From: Lama guanicoe
Taxonomy: Eukaryota
Assembly (NCBI GenBank): GCA_013239625.1
Contig: MU054212.1
Coordinates: 4,198,650-4,262,649, forward strand
Length of the DNA stretch: 64,000 nt
Direction: 5' to 3'
Shown here: piece after piece, positions 50,427-63,434 of the stretch
Layout of the letters: each line of letters opens with the position of its first letter
How positions within the stretch are numbered: the stretch's first letter is position 1
Position numbers and translations under genes: made by a program
Notes under the pieces: generated by a model
Seen by the model: the letters and a program-made list of their open reading frames with translations, nothing else
Told to the model about the DNA's origin: nothing
Databases searched by the model: none

Positions 50427-51489
50427 AATATAGGGTTTTAATATGACTCATCATAGGGGCATTAAGGAGCTACCATCATGATTTTACGTGAGGGATAGAA
50501 GTCCAGCTGTGCCCCAACATATGTGACGTCTCCGTGACAGATGACAAAGTGTTCTGTTATCCCAAATCATATTTCAGGATAAAGCTCCAAAACCACTACT
50601 GACACTCCAATATTTCACTTGAGATATCATTAACATGTCAGTGAGAATTAGTTAAATTAGCAGACTCTAATAAATCCCTTTGAAATTCTCCCATCTGCCA
50701 TGAATGAAGCAGAGATGCAAAGGCACTGGTTGCCAGGGAAGCCGGCTTAAGCCGAGTAGCGGATCCAGAAAAGGGAACGTCCTGCAGATAAACTCTGTCC
50801 CGCTCACAGGCATGCTTGGCCGGGGACCTGTTGTAGATCTGCTAAATCAGGTTGTTTCTACTGCACCAGTCTGAATAGATTCCATTATGTAGACAAATGT
50901 GAGATATGACCGCATGTATGACCACTTGCTGCTGTTTTATCTGAGATGTTTCAACAGTCAAAAAAGAAAGAAAAAAAAAAGACGAGTAGAAGAGAGCGTA
51001 AATCCCCATTGGCCGTCCCTTGTGTGTGTGCAGGTGTGTTGACAGTGTGAAGGGTGGTCACAGAGAGGGCTTTTCTTTTGACCAGATGTCACCATTACTT
51101 AGGCAAACCAGGGACAGTACAGCACAGTCAGAGAGACAGCTTCCCAGAGAGTGAGCCGTGTCGTAAGACGCAAGGTCCCTGCAGATCTGTCCAAATTAAC
51201 AAAACAAAGGAAGATCTCATAGACTCTGCCCTACACAGAACTGGGCAAACTTCCTGTAGCCAAAAGGGAGACATGGGACTAGGAAAAATGCAAGTTCTCT
51301 AATCTGACGTACAGCTTCGGGGACCAGGTGAGGCTGTGGGTGAGCCCAGAAGGAAAAAAGAGTGCAGCCTGGCGAATGCAGAGAGTAGACTCCACTGCCC
51401 CTCCCCGACACCTGACCCCTGGCTGATAGCAAATCATCAATGTGATATTTCTGGAAAAAGAACGGCTGGTAATCAGGTCCCATGGGTGT

Positions 51490-51655
51490 TTCTCTGAGCT
51501 CTGCCACGCTGACCTTGGGTAGGCCGTATGACATTTGAGTGTCTCATTTTTCCTACCTGAAAATTCAGTGTAAGGATCTTGCCCTACCTGATTTACAGGG
51601 TCGATTCCGTACGTGAAAAAGGTAGAGAAAGAACTAAAGCATTATACAAATGTAA
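51490..51655 (+). mobile_element. MIR
   Basis: 'gctctgccacgctgaccttgggtagg...tgagtgtctcatttttcctacctgaaaa...ccctacctgatttacagggt'. Confidence 0.7.
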
Positions 51656-52314
51656 GGTCAGCTGATATAAAAGAATATGCTTATAGTTTCCGGGGTTAAG
51701 TCCTCTGGTCCCTGATTTTAAAGGACAGAAGGTACTTGGTCAGCAATATGCTAGCAACTTTCACACAGACTAAAATGGCTCCCTTTAAATTTTTTTGGTT
51801 AACTGTCCTGCTAATTCAGTCAAAACTGCTGAATCCGGAGTTGTGACCTAAAGAGTAAATCCCCATGGCTTAAAATTGGAAGGCAGGTTGACTTGTGTCA
51901 TATGGTAACCGTTCTATGGCTTATGGTTATATATATTCTAACTCCCAGTAGAAATCTTGTATGTGGGAAGAATGATTTATAATGAATGTAATAAGCCCAA
52001 TGTCTGGCTTTTAGTAAAAAGAAAAAAAAATGACATCTGAATGAACCATCAAGTATTTGGCGCCAAGAGAACAAATGATCACCGCCATGAATTGAAAGAG
52101 CCAGTTTAAATCTCAGACACTGGAGATGAATGACGAATCCATTAGGGGTCAGAAAGCTTAAGGCATTCGTTGTGTAATGACTGAAGTCGAAGAGTTTTAC
52201 TTTTACATGAATATGTGAGGTGGCAATTGTCAGGCTTGTTAAACCTGGTTGCTTGGAGACAGCTGACTGATTGGGAGATGGTTGCTAGCTACGCCTATAA
52301 TTACTGAGATTATT

Positions 52315-52502
52315 NNNNNNNNNNNNNNNNNNNNNNNNNNNNNNNNNNNNNNNNNNNNNNNNNNNNNNNNNNNNNNNNNNNNNNNNNNNNNNNNNNNNNN
52401 NNNNNNNNNNNNNNNNNNNNNNNNNNNNNNNNNNNNNNNNNNNNNNNNNNNNNNNNNNNNNNNNNNNNNNNNNNNNNNNNNNNNNNNNNNNNNNNNNNNN
52501 NN
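52315..52502. other. Assembly gap (N run)
   Basis: Ns in sequence. Confidence 1.
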
Positions 52503-53239
52503 TTTCAATCTCATTACAAAATAGAATCAGAGGTCATTACCGAGGATGAGGGAAGGAAAACAAAACCCTTCTGAGGAAAGAATATCAGAGATTGATCCCT
52601 CTTGGGCCTCAATCTCATAATTGAGTAGATGGTGACTTAAAAAAAGTCCCAGTGTGAGAAACGCAAAGGCATTTTTATTCCACTTGTGATCCTATTAGTG
52701 AGTAATAAATAGCATGAAAACGGATTACGTTTTTATTTATTTATGCTGAAGCTAGGGCAGACTCACCGAAACCGGCGCTCTGAGGATGCAGTCTGTGTTG
52801 GTTCGAAGCGCAAGTTTAATCATATCTATTTTGTCCCTCAAACAAATGAAATCACGGCAAATAAAGACAGTACACCTGCACTGTGTTGTTATAGAGACGC
52901 TTGCCACAAATAATCTTTGTAACTTGGAGCCCCAGAAACTGGTAATTGCAGTGGAGAAGGAAGAGTACACTGTGGAAAGGAACGTCATACCAGGTGTCTG
53001 ACGTTCCCTGGTTATCACAGCGTACATTTCTAGCACATTTCCCCATCTCCCACCTCATGTGGATGTGGGTGCTTCTCGAAGGATTCTTTCTCAGAAGCCA
53101 GAAGCAGTTCACAATCTCTGGCACTGCTTACGTAGATACTGATATGCAAATTGTGTATAAATACCGCTGCCCAATGCTGTATTCTTTCTTTTCTACCTTT
53201 GTTTCGTAAAGTAAATTTCCCCAGGATTTTTAAAAAACA

Positions 53240-53396
53240 CTTTATTTATTATTGTATTATTTAACTATTTTTGTTTTGGTGAGGGAGTGGTAATTAGGTT
53301 TATTTATTTATTTTTAGAGGTGGTACTGGGGATTGAACCGAGGACCTCATGCATGCTAAGCATGTGCTCTACCACTTGAGCTATAACCCTCCCCTC
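53240..53396 (-). mobile_element. Vic-1-type SINE (long form)
   Basis: Antisense 'ggtactggggattgaaccgaggacctcatgcatgctaagcatgtgctctaccacttgagctata', preceded by 'gtaattaggtttatttattt'. Confidence 0.92.
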
Positions 53397-56067
53397 CATA
53401 GGATGTTTTTAATTCCTGAAATCTTTATTTCACTCAGGACAGCCTCCAATGTGTAGTAGATTCTTGGGCTGTTGCAAGAGCCACGCATGGGACTTATTAA
53501 GGCAATGATAACGTCATTTCCTCAGTGCAGATTGTTCTGTTAAACAATATCTCATTTCTGATGCTCACCCCCGTCCCTAAATGCATTTTATATCGGCAGT
53601 GGAATTGCCAAAAAATAAATAGATCACTAAAAGGATTTTGAAGCACTCATCTGAAAGTCTACATAATTAAATACTGTGCTTCGTGTACCAGTACAAAAAC
53701 CATCATTGAAAGTGATTTGGACAGCTCTAGGGATGGAGGTGAACTTACGGCTACTCCATCTCTTTTCTGCCTGATTCTGTACCTGCAGATACGAAGGACT
53801 CCCTCCAGGAACAAGGTCAGCATTTGGCAAGAAAGAGCTCCCAGGACCTCTCATATTTTATAGCTGATGTATTGGACCTTCTCCCCTTGCCCTTTGATTC
53901 CGGATCTTTTCCTGTTTTCTCCCTGAAAACTTCTTGCCCTTATTACAGTGGCTTCTTTGACTTTGTGGGTATAGTATTTGACTTTGTCTCTTGGTTATGA
54001 TTTGTGGTTGTCCTCTGAAAGCCTGGGGCTGCAAAACTGCCACCTTTAAGAACTTCTGCTACCCTGGACCATAAAAATAGTGCACCTGCTAGGTTCAGCC
54101 TGGTCCCTGGACAGAAAAGACTGGACCCCTAAATTTACTGCTCCTCCTTGTGGTGGAATGAAGGCAGCAGCAAGACTGCTGGCTTGGCTAGGAGGATGCT
54201 AACTGACTAGGAAAAACAGCCACAGCAATTAAGTCTATGGCTTTATTTCCTGTCTGAACATGGAACCTGAGTAGCTGAGTCACAAGGATCAACTGTGTCT
54301 TTGTGATTAGTACACATGTAAAATAACGGTAGTTAAAATGAAATATGGGGTGAGGGTAGAAAGAAAAGAGTCCACCATGGCACCTTCTGACACCTTGTTT
54401 TCTTATAAGATGGGATTACCAGCTCCGTAAGCGGTTTGAGAGGGAGACTTTCCTCATCTACCCAGGGAACAATAAAACTAAGGGGAAAAGAAAATTCCAA
54501 AAGCACACAGGTTTTCAAGATTTCAAAAAGCAATTTTAAAATATTGAAGACATAAAGAAGACAATGTATGGTCATTATAGAAAAAGGTGATTTCCCAAAA
54601 ATAAGTAATGAAAGATGTAAAAATAATCCATAATCCCAGTTTTCAAAGGATAATAGTGAACCATTTGGTGTTTATTCTTTAATTTTCTTGCTATCTAGCT
54701 ACCCAAAAACCTTGATAGAATTTGAAGAAAAACCTAAGATAGTAATAACAACTTGGGAATTAACACTCCTTTATAGCACCAATTTTATCCTTTTTATATA
54801 AAAATGCCATTAATTTTTTTTTCTCTTAATAGTCCCCTGAAGCTAAGGTTTGAGTTCTCAGGTTGTAATTAATAAACTGTGTTGAGTATTTCCATATTAA
54901 ATTATTACCATCAGTTAATTGGAATTCTAATTGCCAAAAAGGTGAACAATGTATTAATTGTAAATTCCAGAAGTAACTCTAATTTGATATTGCCATTTAT
55001 ATCAACATGACAATAGCTTTTTCTAGTACAATTGTTAGTCTGTATAATTTTCTCCTCTCCTGGGGCTGTCAGACTGTGATTCTAATGACAATATTAATAT
55101 GCCTCTGCATAACAATCAGAACTTATAATCCTGTTGAAATATTTAGGATCATGTAAGTATGCTGGGTCTGTCAACTTGATAATCACATTTTCTTGGCATG
55201 TTACACATTTTTCTCATTTTATCAATGTCTTTATTAATATACATTTTCAGCTATTAAGCTGATATAATGAACCTATTTATTATCCAAAAAAGTTATTAAA
55301 TAAAAAAACTACTCTCAACATATCGCTTTTATCTTTTAACATGTCTTATAAACATTAAGTAGGTTGAATACATCCCTACTAATTAAAATTGTTCTGCATA
55401 CACGAACTAAAAATTTTCACCAAGTGATACTTGTAAAATTATTTTAATTACCCAATATCTACTTTATTTGTGTTATAACTCATAAAGAGAGATCACATCT
55501 ATAATAAAACTAACAAAACTAAGAACAGTTTTATTTGGGTAAAATACATTCTTTTTGGGAGGAAATGAAAATGGCACCTAGGTAAGGGAGCATATCCTGT
55601 TGTCAAATAATACATTGGACATTTCTCTACCTGAAAAGTTCCTGGGATACAGATAGTGGCCACTCGTGTCTGGGTTGGAAGCCACTCTGTGCTGAGTCAG
55701 CCAGTCTCAGTGTACTCTCTTGGGAGGCGTCTCCGGCAAGTTCTCTGACACAAAACAATAACCTGGTAGCTGTGATTTCTCCATTAATATTCCATTCCTT
55801 TTCATACTGAAGGCTTTATATCATTTGCTGATGAAAATGTAATAACCCTCATCTCCATCTCTTTACACTAAAGAACTTAGTATGAGATTGTCAAATATTG
55901 GCCATTCATAACGGCTCCTATCAGAAAACTAGAGAAAGAGAAGCTCTGAATGTGTAGATCCAAACTTAGTCTTCTTTAAATTTTTCCAAGCATCAAACCC
56001 ATGGTCCTTTATTTATTTAAAGCAGAATACTTCCTCCCCCATCAGTGGTGATTTAATGTTCAGTTAG

Positions 56068-56985
56068 TGTGATATCATGATTTATAAGAAATGTATCTAT
56101 TTGGTCATTCTGATGCAAAAAAAAATATATATATATGTATATTCTTCATCTAAAGTTCCTGGCTCACAGTTACCAAGCCTTTGAGATTTCCTGAGCAAAA
56201 GAGCAATGGAATAATACTTGGTCTTGTCCTCAGTTCCTGAAAACTGGGGGACTGGTTGCCAGGAGAAACAGCCATGTGATTAGAGGATTGGAAGTCCAAC
56301 CCCTACCCCCAGCTTTGGGGAGGGGAGGGGGACCAGCAGTTGAATCAAACGCCAGCGGCTAATGATTTAATCAGTCGTGTCTATATAATGATAATGAAGC
56401 CTCCACAAAATCCCAGAAGGACCGGCTTAGAGGGCTTCTGGGCTGGTGAACACATGGAGCTTGGAGGGAGTGATGTACCTGGAGGGGAAGGGGCAGCTCT
56501 GTGCACTTTCCCCGTGCCTTGTCCTATGTATCTCTTCATCCAACTGTTGGCTTGTATCCTTTAATATCCTTCTGTAATAAATTGGTTATCTTGTGAATAA
56601 ACAGGTTTTCCTGAGTTCTGTGAGTTGTGCTAGCAAGTTAATTGAGCCCAAGGAGGCTGTCGTGAGAACCTCTGATGTGCAGTCAGTTGGTCGGCAGTAC
56701 AGGTAGCACCTGGACTTGGCAGTTGGCATCCCCAGTTGGAGGGAGTGGCCAACGGAAATTCCAGTTTGCAGCTGGTTGGTACAAAGCACAAGTAACAACC
56801 TGGGCTTTTTTGACTGGCGTCTGAAGTGGAGCGTGATCTTGCAGGACTGAGCCCTTCACCTGTGGAATCTGATTCTATCTCCAGATAGATAGTGTTAGAA
56901 TTGAGCTGAATTCTCAGGCACCCTGCTGGGATCAGAGAATTTCTTGTTGGTGTGGGATAGATTCCGCACACATGTTGGAGTTGGT
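56068..56985 (+). mobile_element. MER21-like LTR (about 900 bp)
   Basis: TGTGATAT start; 'ggttgccagga..ccatgtgattagagg', 'aatgatttaatca', 'ttcctgagttctgtgag', 'ggactgagccct', 'agatagtgttagaattgag'; AATAAA at about 56576 and 56597. Confidence 0.88.
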
Positions 56986-57169
56986 CTGAGGACTTTATTT
57001 AGCTAGTTAAACCAAAACTAGTGTGTGAGCATCAAAAGCACCTAAATGCAGAATGAACCTTGATTGCCCATGGGTCAATCTTCTGTAAGTAGAAAAAATG
57101 GATTTTAGCAAAATTATTTCCCAGTCACATAGCTCCTAATACAGGGCGTTTACGCATATGTATATATTC

Positions 57170-57450
57170 AAGTGTTCATTGATTTGTCATTAAATACTTT
57201 AAGGCTCCACTCTGTTCTAACCATTGCACTAGGTCCCAGAGATATAAAAGTGAAAATCTACAGTAGCTGCTCTTAGGGAACTTTCAGCTTATCCGTACCT
57301 TCCTGGCTGAACCAGGAAGGGCTTCAGAAAGGAGACACATGTTTGATCAGAGGCTCAGGACAACAGCTGCAGTCATCTAGATTGGCAAGGGGGTGGAAGG
57401 TGTGCCAAGTAGGGAGAGAGACATGCAGGAGGTTTTGGACAGAAAAAACA
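57170..57450 (-). mobile_element. L2 fragment
   Basis: 'ttcattgatttgtcattaaatactt...ccattgcactaggtcccagagatataaaagtgaa'. Confidence 0.6.
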
Positions 57451-60049
57451 CATTGGACCTTGAAAATCTACGTATCACTGAAAAATAACCCATTTTAGAG
57501 TGTGGGTGTGGCACTTTAATTGTTATTGACACCAGAATGGGAGCTAAATGCTGGGGTTTCTGACACCTAGTTAATAGTTGAGCTATTTACATTCCTAGCA
57601 CAAAGGGGTCTATATGGAAATGCAGCAGTAAAAATCTCTATGCCTAGCAACACATTTATAGCATTGTAAGGGGAAAAAATCTTGCAGTGTTAAACTAGCC
57701 TTAATTTTACTTTATGAAAGGTAGACTTCTCCTGCACCCGAGGCAAAAAAGCTTTTCACACTACAGGTATTTTCTTGATGTGTGAATTAAAATGTAATGC
57801 TAATTAATACTGCTGGGTCACAGGATTAAATATACAATTCATGCTGCCAGTTATAATACATCTACAGAGAGCAGTGAGATTAACCTCATGTTTATAGAGA
57901 AAAAAAAATGTGTCTCTGAGACTCAGAATATAGATTACATATTAAACTACCAGCAAGCTCAAAGTAGTGACAGTGTCCCTACAACATATGTGCCACTGCA
58001 GTTCAAATGATTAGGGATATTGCCGCTTCCATGCTGCTGGGGAAACTCTAATGCAATGGCCGAGAAGGGTTTGCATGAGTGATGAAAGAAGCCTTGTAGG
58101 GAACTACACTTTGATTTCAAGATGGCCGGCTTTTAGATGTCCATCAGAGTTTCAGAATTGACCTGAGCGGCAACGCTGACCTAAGCAGTTACTCTCCGAG
58201 TGGCAATTATTGTTGGGACTAAAGGAGTTTCTGGAGAATTACTGGTACTTGGGCTCTGCTGTTAATTAAAAGTGTCATTCTGTTTCAAGATGTGTTTTCA
58301 AGATGAGACAATCTCCATGTTTTTCTTCCTGATGGTTCCTAACAATAATGAACGTATAATGAGGAAACTTCTAGTCTGATAACATGCTCTGGAGAAGGGA
58401 CTGAAAATGTAGCACAGCAAAATTACAGACGCAGACGTATCAGGCGTGAAAATAAATGCAAAAATGTTGCTTCTTCCTGAGGAAAGATGGGCAACCTCAC
58501 AGTGAGAAAATGTAAATTTGGCTGTACGTGGTTAATAATAGACAAAATCATCACATGAGACTTAAGAAAAAAATCAAACATAGAAATACAAATATTACAG
58601 AAAGTAAAACTTATGGCAAAATATTAGATAAGACAGTTATATTCTGTGCTAACTCTAATTCACTTATAGAGTTTTTTCACCCATCTCTCTAATATTTGCA
58701 CAGCAGTGCCTCGTCTGGTGTTCTCTACACCGTGGGCACTCAGATTCTGGATGGTCTCGCTATCTGACCATCATAAATATTTGCTACTAAAGAAACAGTT
58801 GATCATTTGTGGAACTGTTGGGACCTATGGCATTTTTGATGGTAGTAATAAGTCATAAGCTGGGCTGTACACAGAGCGACTGAAAAAATTCAGCTCTTTT
58901 CACAATCAGTTCTAATCCCTAAGGGCAAAGTAATCGTGAAGGACTGTTTGTTAAGGGAAGCGAAGCAGCTGTTCTGGCCACACAGTCATCTGTGCACACA
59001 GGTTGGGTTTCTCAGTTCCAGGCCTACCCTGACTATTCTTTTCGTAACTGTGTAACTTAAAAACACCTCCCAGTTTACTTAGAATTTTTATAAAGCACAT
59101 GGTATGATTTGCTTTAACATGGAAATTAAAAAAAATAAACATTAACAAAACACAGGCAGCCTCTAAAAGCACTCAGGACGCACATCTGGAAGCGTACATC
59201 CCCCAGAAGATGAGTTAGCGTTTTGCGCAGGGCGCCCCACTCCTAGGCCGGAGGGTGTAAGACAGTGAATGACCCAGACCTGTGGCTGGTCCCCGGATGC
59301 TGCCGAGAACCACGGGGGCGGCAGGGTCTTGGAGAAAGCCCAGATAGACACGTGAGTTGTACTGGGAGGTGAGCACCCAGTCACACAGCTGGCAAGTGGC
59401 TTCCAAGATGCAAAACTGTGCTGTACAGTATCACACAAATGAGTAAATCCGACTTCCACTGTGATTTGTAGTCTGTCTCCAGCAGCGAGGTAACTGAGTA
59501 TGAACTAAAAGAATAGACATTTTTATCAAAAGGATATTGAATAAAGGACTAGAAGTGGATGAGGAAGGAAGACAGAACACTGTCTGGACATAAACAGAAG
59601 CTTACTGCATGAAATCCAGCAAATAGTAGAATTACTAACCCTTTATGTGGATTTCCCTATAATGTCACTTAATACATTCTTTTTAAATGCTTCCCTGGAA
59701 CATCAAAATATCATCTTAGTTTTCTGTGATCCAAGGCTCTACCTGGAAAGTCAAAATACACTTTCTTAATTCTATTTTGGGTTCTTACATTTTATTTAGT
59801 ACTCTGATTGCTAAATGTTTGCTATTTACATAATTTTATCATGGTTAACTGCCAATGTGTGATTGATAAAATTACAGTTAATTTTTCATGACAGATGATA
59901 GGATTATCCAGATGTGGGATCCATGAAGCACCAGACAATAAGCTGAAAATATCAAGTTGGCGTCATTTGGTGCATTTGTATATTTAATGGCCAGTCTATC
60001 CTGTGTTTAGAAGATTGGACCCCCTAAGTCAGAACAACCTTTTAAAATA

Positions 60050-60215
60050 CAAACAGCTTACTGAGTGGCATTGAGCAAATTGCTTCCACTTGTTAGCCTC
60101 AGTTTCTTCATTTACACAACAGGGTTTTAATAGTTTATACCTCATAAGATGGCATGAGTTACAAGTAAGATAATTCAGACAGTGCCAAGAACACAATGCA
60201 GTGTGTACTCAGTGT
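60050..60215 (+). mobile_element. MIR
   Basis: 'ttgagcaaattgctt...agcctcagtttcttcattt...tacctcataag...acagtgccaagaacaca'. Confidence 0.75.
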
Positions 60216-60349
60216 TACGTTGGTCATGAATACTGATCAGTCAGCAATTTTGAAACAGCTCTGTGGTGAAAACAAACAATATGTCTCTCTCACACACACA
60301 CACAAGAGCATGTACAAATCTAAAGGCAAAATTTAAACAAGGATAATGA

Positions 60350-61270
60350 AATGAACAACCATGTACCCATGAACTATGTTAAGAAATAAACCATTATCAA
60401 CTTACCTGAGTACTTTATCTTCAAGAATGCCTGTCACCTGAGTGCTGTGCTGTTCATTCCTTTACTTTTTTGCTAATAGTTTGTTTCGTTACAAAAAGAC
60501 ACCTTCCTTAAGAGAAAAGTTTAATTTTGTCTGGGTTTTTTGGGTTTTTTTCCTGGTCACTCCATGCTGATTTTGCCTATATTTGAATTTATATAAATAA
60601 AATCAAATTCTCTCTGACTTAGCTATTCCACTCAAAGTCACTTCTTAGAGGTCCATTCATGTAGATATGTATTTCCCTATCTTCTGATTTGGGTTATTTT
60701 GTTTAAAACTCCACTGTCTGCCTGGTTATTGTTATTTAATATCTTAGCAGACTTTCCATATTTTTACATATAGATCTATCTTACATTTCATGAGTCCATA
60801 TTATTCCATTGTATGTATATGTGATAATCTGTTTAAAAGCCCCTTATTGGCGGACACTTTGTTGTTTCATTTTTATTACTATAAAAAGGTGTTACAATAA
60901 ACATCTTTGTAAAAACATCTTGAAAAACTTTTGCCTGTATATTCATGGGATTGATTCTTTGAAATGGCAAATCTAGGTCAGAGAGTAAGTGCATTTGAAA
61001 AATTTAGTTGAACAGTGGAGCTTAACAAAGGCAATCTTTTGTTTTATATTTAGGCTGAATAGTGGCTTGGAGGTACTCAGTACAGCCCTGTCAGTTTCTC
61101 TCACAAGCTGTTTCAAAATTTTCGCTAAATGTAAAATTGTCCAAAAGGATGGACATGCTGTTTGTTTTTCCCAGCATGTTTCATTTATGCTATAAAACAC
61201 TCCACTATGCTCACTGTGAATATCTTTTTCGTTTAGCATCAGATCCCCTCTTGCTTAATGACAATTTACT
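60350..61270 (-). mobile_element. Old L1 (L1ME-like), fragmented
   Basis: 'tgaacaaccatgtaccc', 'ttgaatttatataaat', 'atattattccattgtatgtatat', 'ggacactttgttgtttc'. Confidence 0.6.
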
Positions 61271-62239
61271 GCTTTGGTAACCTTCACTTAACTTCTCTCC
61301 ATCAGAACTGCGCGCTCCAAGATTTTAGTGTGGAATGTTTCATGACCATGTGCTGCCAGTCAAGGTCAGAAATGACTCACGTGTGACACTGACAGCATTG
61401 CTCAAGTAAGTAAATACAATGTCTACAGAAATTCTAAAGGAAATGATTTTAAGGCAAGGCTTGACCCTGCTTCCTTTTGAGGGACCTGTTAACACTTTAA
61501 TACTAAATCTCTCAATCTCTTAAAAATCAATTTTTCAAAAGTACCTCATTTTATATTGCCATGCGCAGTATGTTAGAAGTATGTCGATGTTTTTAGTTCT
61601 AATTAGTTAATGCTGGCCTGTTGTGTAATTTTCTGGTGTTTTTCAAAATGTTCTCTGCTCCATATAGCATAGCTTCTTGCTCATATTGTTCTAGACAGTT
61701 ACAGTTATAAATATAATAAGTAGCTAAAAGTTTTGAATAAGATTTTATTTGTATATAATTTCTTTTTGCAAAAATTCAGGCCATTCTAATTTTTTAAGGT
61801 TTTTTTTTTCTTGTCATTATTCTGTGACTAAAATATATGAAATAATTGTGAGTTTCGACATACTTGATTCATCTTTCTGGTAAGCATGCCAGTCATCTTA
61901 GAAAAGAAACTAAAGCCTGGAACATGTTTTGTTACTACACACATGTAAATATTTTATGTACTTTCCTAGGCAATAAAACCGCTTTCATAACAACCAAAAG
62001 TTTTAATCTTATTCGTGGACTTTTTTTTTCTTTTCTATCTATTCTCTCATGTTATCTCTTAGAGTCCTAGCAAAGCCCAGATAATTATAACAAATATTAG
62101 CCTGTTCATAACGAGTGTCTCATATATCGACTCTGAAAAAAAAAATCTCAAAAGAACTCTTATGTTTAACTTATGTTTTTGTATGAGGTTAGGAGTAGCA
62201 AGAATTTTCAGAATTTCTCTTTCAGTTTTTCTGTGCTTC

Positions 62240-62808
62240 TGTAGCCATCCTAACCCCTCAAGTGGCTGAAAACAACCAGCACTTTCTTTGTTGGGTTTTT
62301 GCGAGTGGGAAGTAATTAGGTTTATTTATTTATTTTACTGGAGGGACTGGGGATTGAACCCCGGACCTTGTGCATGTTAAGCACATGCTGTACCACCAAG
62401 CTATTCCCTTCCCATGTTAACCAGCACTTTCTTATCTCTTCTGATTCTGTGGGTTGACTGAGCTCAGATGGATGGTTTGGTTTGCGGCTGGCGCTGGGTG
62501 CTCCGTACGCAGGAGCACCTTGGTTTTCTTCCTCTTGTTATTTTCCTGTGACTTAGGCATCTTGCAGTTGCTGACGGGGTGCCCCAAAGCAGCAAGTGGA
62601 AGCTTCCCATCCTCTTCAGGCCTAGGCTTGGATGTCCCTAAACACTACTTCCATTGCGTCCTACTTGGTGGAGCAAGTTTTGCAAGTTTTGAGGCCAGCC
62701 CAGAGTCAAGGGGAGGGAGCCCAACCCACACCACTTATGTCAGGCGTGGCGGGCTCACACAGGAAGGGGAGGGACTGTTGGAAGCTACCGCTGGAAACTA
62801 GCTATCAC
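62240..62808 (-). mobile_element. MLT1 (H/J-like) LTR interrupted by a SINE
   Basis: 'agtggctgaaaacaac...tgattctgtgggttgactgagctcag...cactacttccattgc...aggccagcccagagtcaagggga'. Confidence 0.8.
62289..62418 (-). mobile_element. Vic-1-type SINE (long form) with 15-bp TSD
   Basis: TSD AACCAGCACTTTCTT at 62274-62288 and 62419-62433; antisense 'ctggggattgaaccccggacct' B box. Confidence 0.92.
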
Positions 62809-63069
62809 CTGTTTACTGAACTCTAGGTCTAAGGTAAAAGGACTTGGTGGACAGAAGGATGCACAAATAATGCATTGTAAACTCCCTAAGGATTTTTGAA
62901 CCTAGTGGCCTGTAAGATGAAACAAAGTCATCTGGATAGAAAATTGAAAAAAGCATAAATCTGTTAGGAAGAAAATATTTCTTTAGAATACCTAATCTCC
63001 AGAGGAGGTTTTTTTGTTGTTGTTTTTTGGGGGGAGGGTTGAAGAATAAACTTTTTGGTCTTGACCTAT

Positions 63070-63434
63070 TGTTTTAGTCAGTTTAAGCTGTAACAGGAAT
63101 ACGATAGAGTGGGTGGGTGGCTTAAACAATAAACATTTCTTTCTCATAGTTCTGGAGGCTGCAGAGTCCAAGATCAAGGCGTTGGGAGATTCAGCGTCTG
63201 GTAAGGGCCTGTTTTGGTTCATTGATGTCGGTTTTCTTGCTGTGTACTCAAAAAGCGGAAGGAGCAAGAGAGCTCTCTGGAGTCTCTCTTCTAAGGGCAC
63301 CAGTCCCATTCAAGGAGGCTCCACCCTCATGACCTAAGCATTTTCCAAAGACCCTCACCTCTAAATACCATGACATTGGAGATTAGGCTTCAACATATGA
63401 ATTTTGAGGGGACACAAACATTCAGCCTGTAGTA
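63070..63434 (-). mobile_element. MLT1A-like MaLR solo LTR
   Basis: 'ggcttaaacaa...ttctcatagttctggaggctg..agtccaagatcaagg...ccaccctcatgaccta...caacatatgaatttt..ggggacacaaacattcag'; 5-bp TSD CCTAT/CCTAA. Confidence 0.92.

Noticed and set aside
15625-52524. ORFs containing X runs (15625, 34900-35374, 52239-52524)
   Set aside because: Artefacts of reading through N gaps
59310-59325. CTCF site at ccacgggggcggcag
   Set aside because: Spacing does not fit the CCASYAGRKGGC core
1708-63337. ORF-track entries as protein-coding genes
   Set aside because: All are short (160 aa or less), resemble no protein family I recognise, and overlap on both strands as chance ORFs do; many lie in TEs or microsatellites
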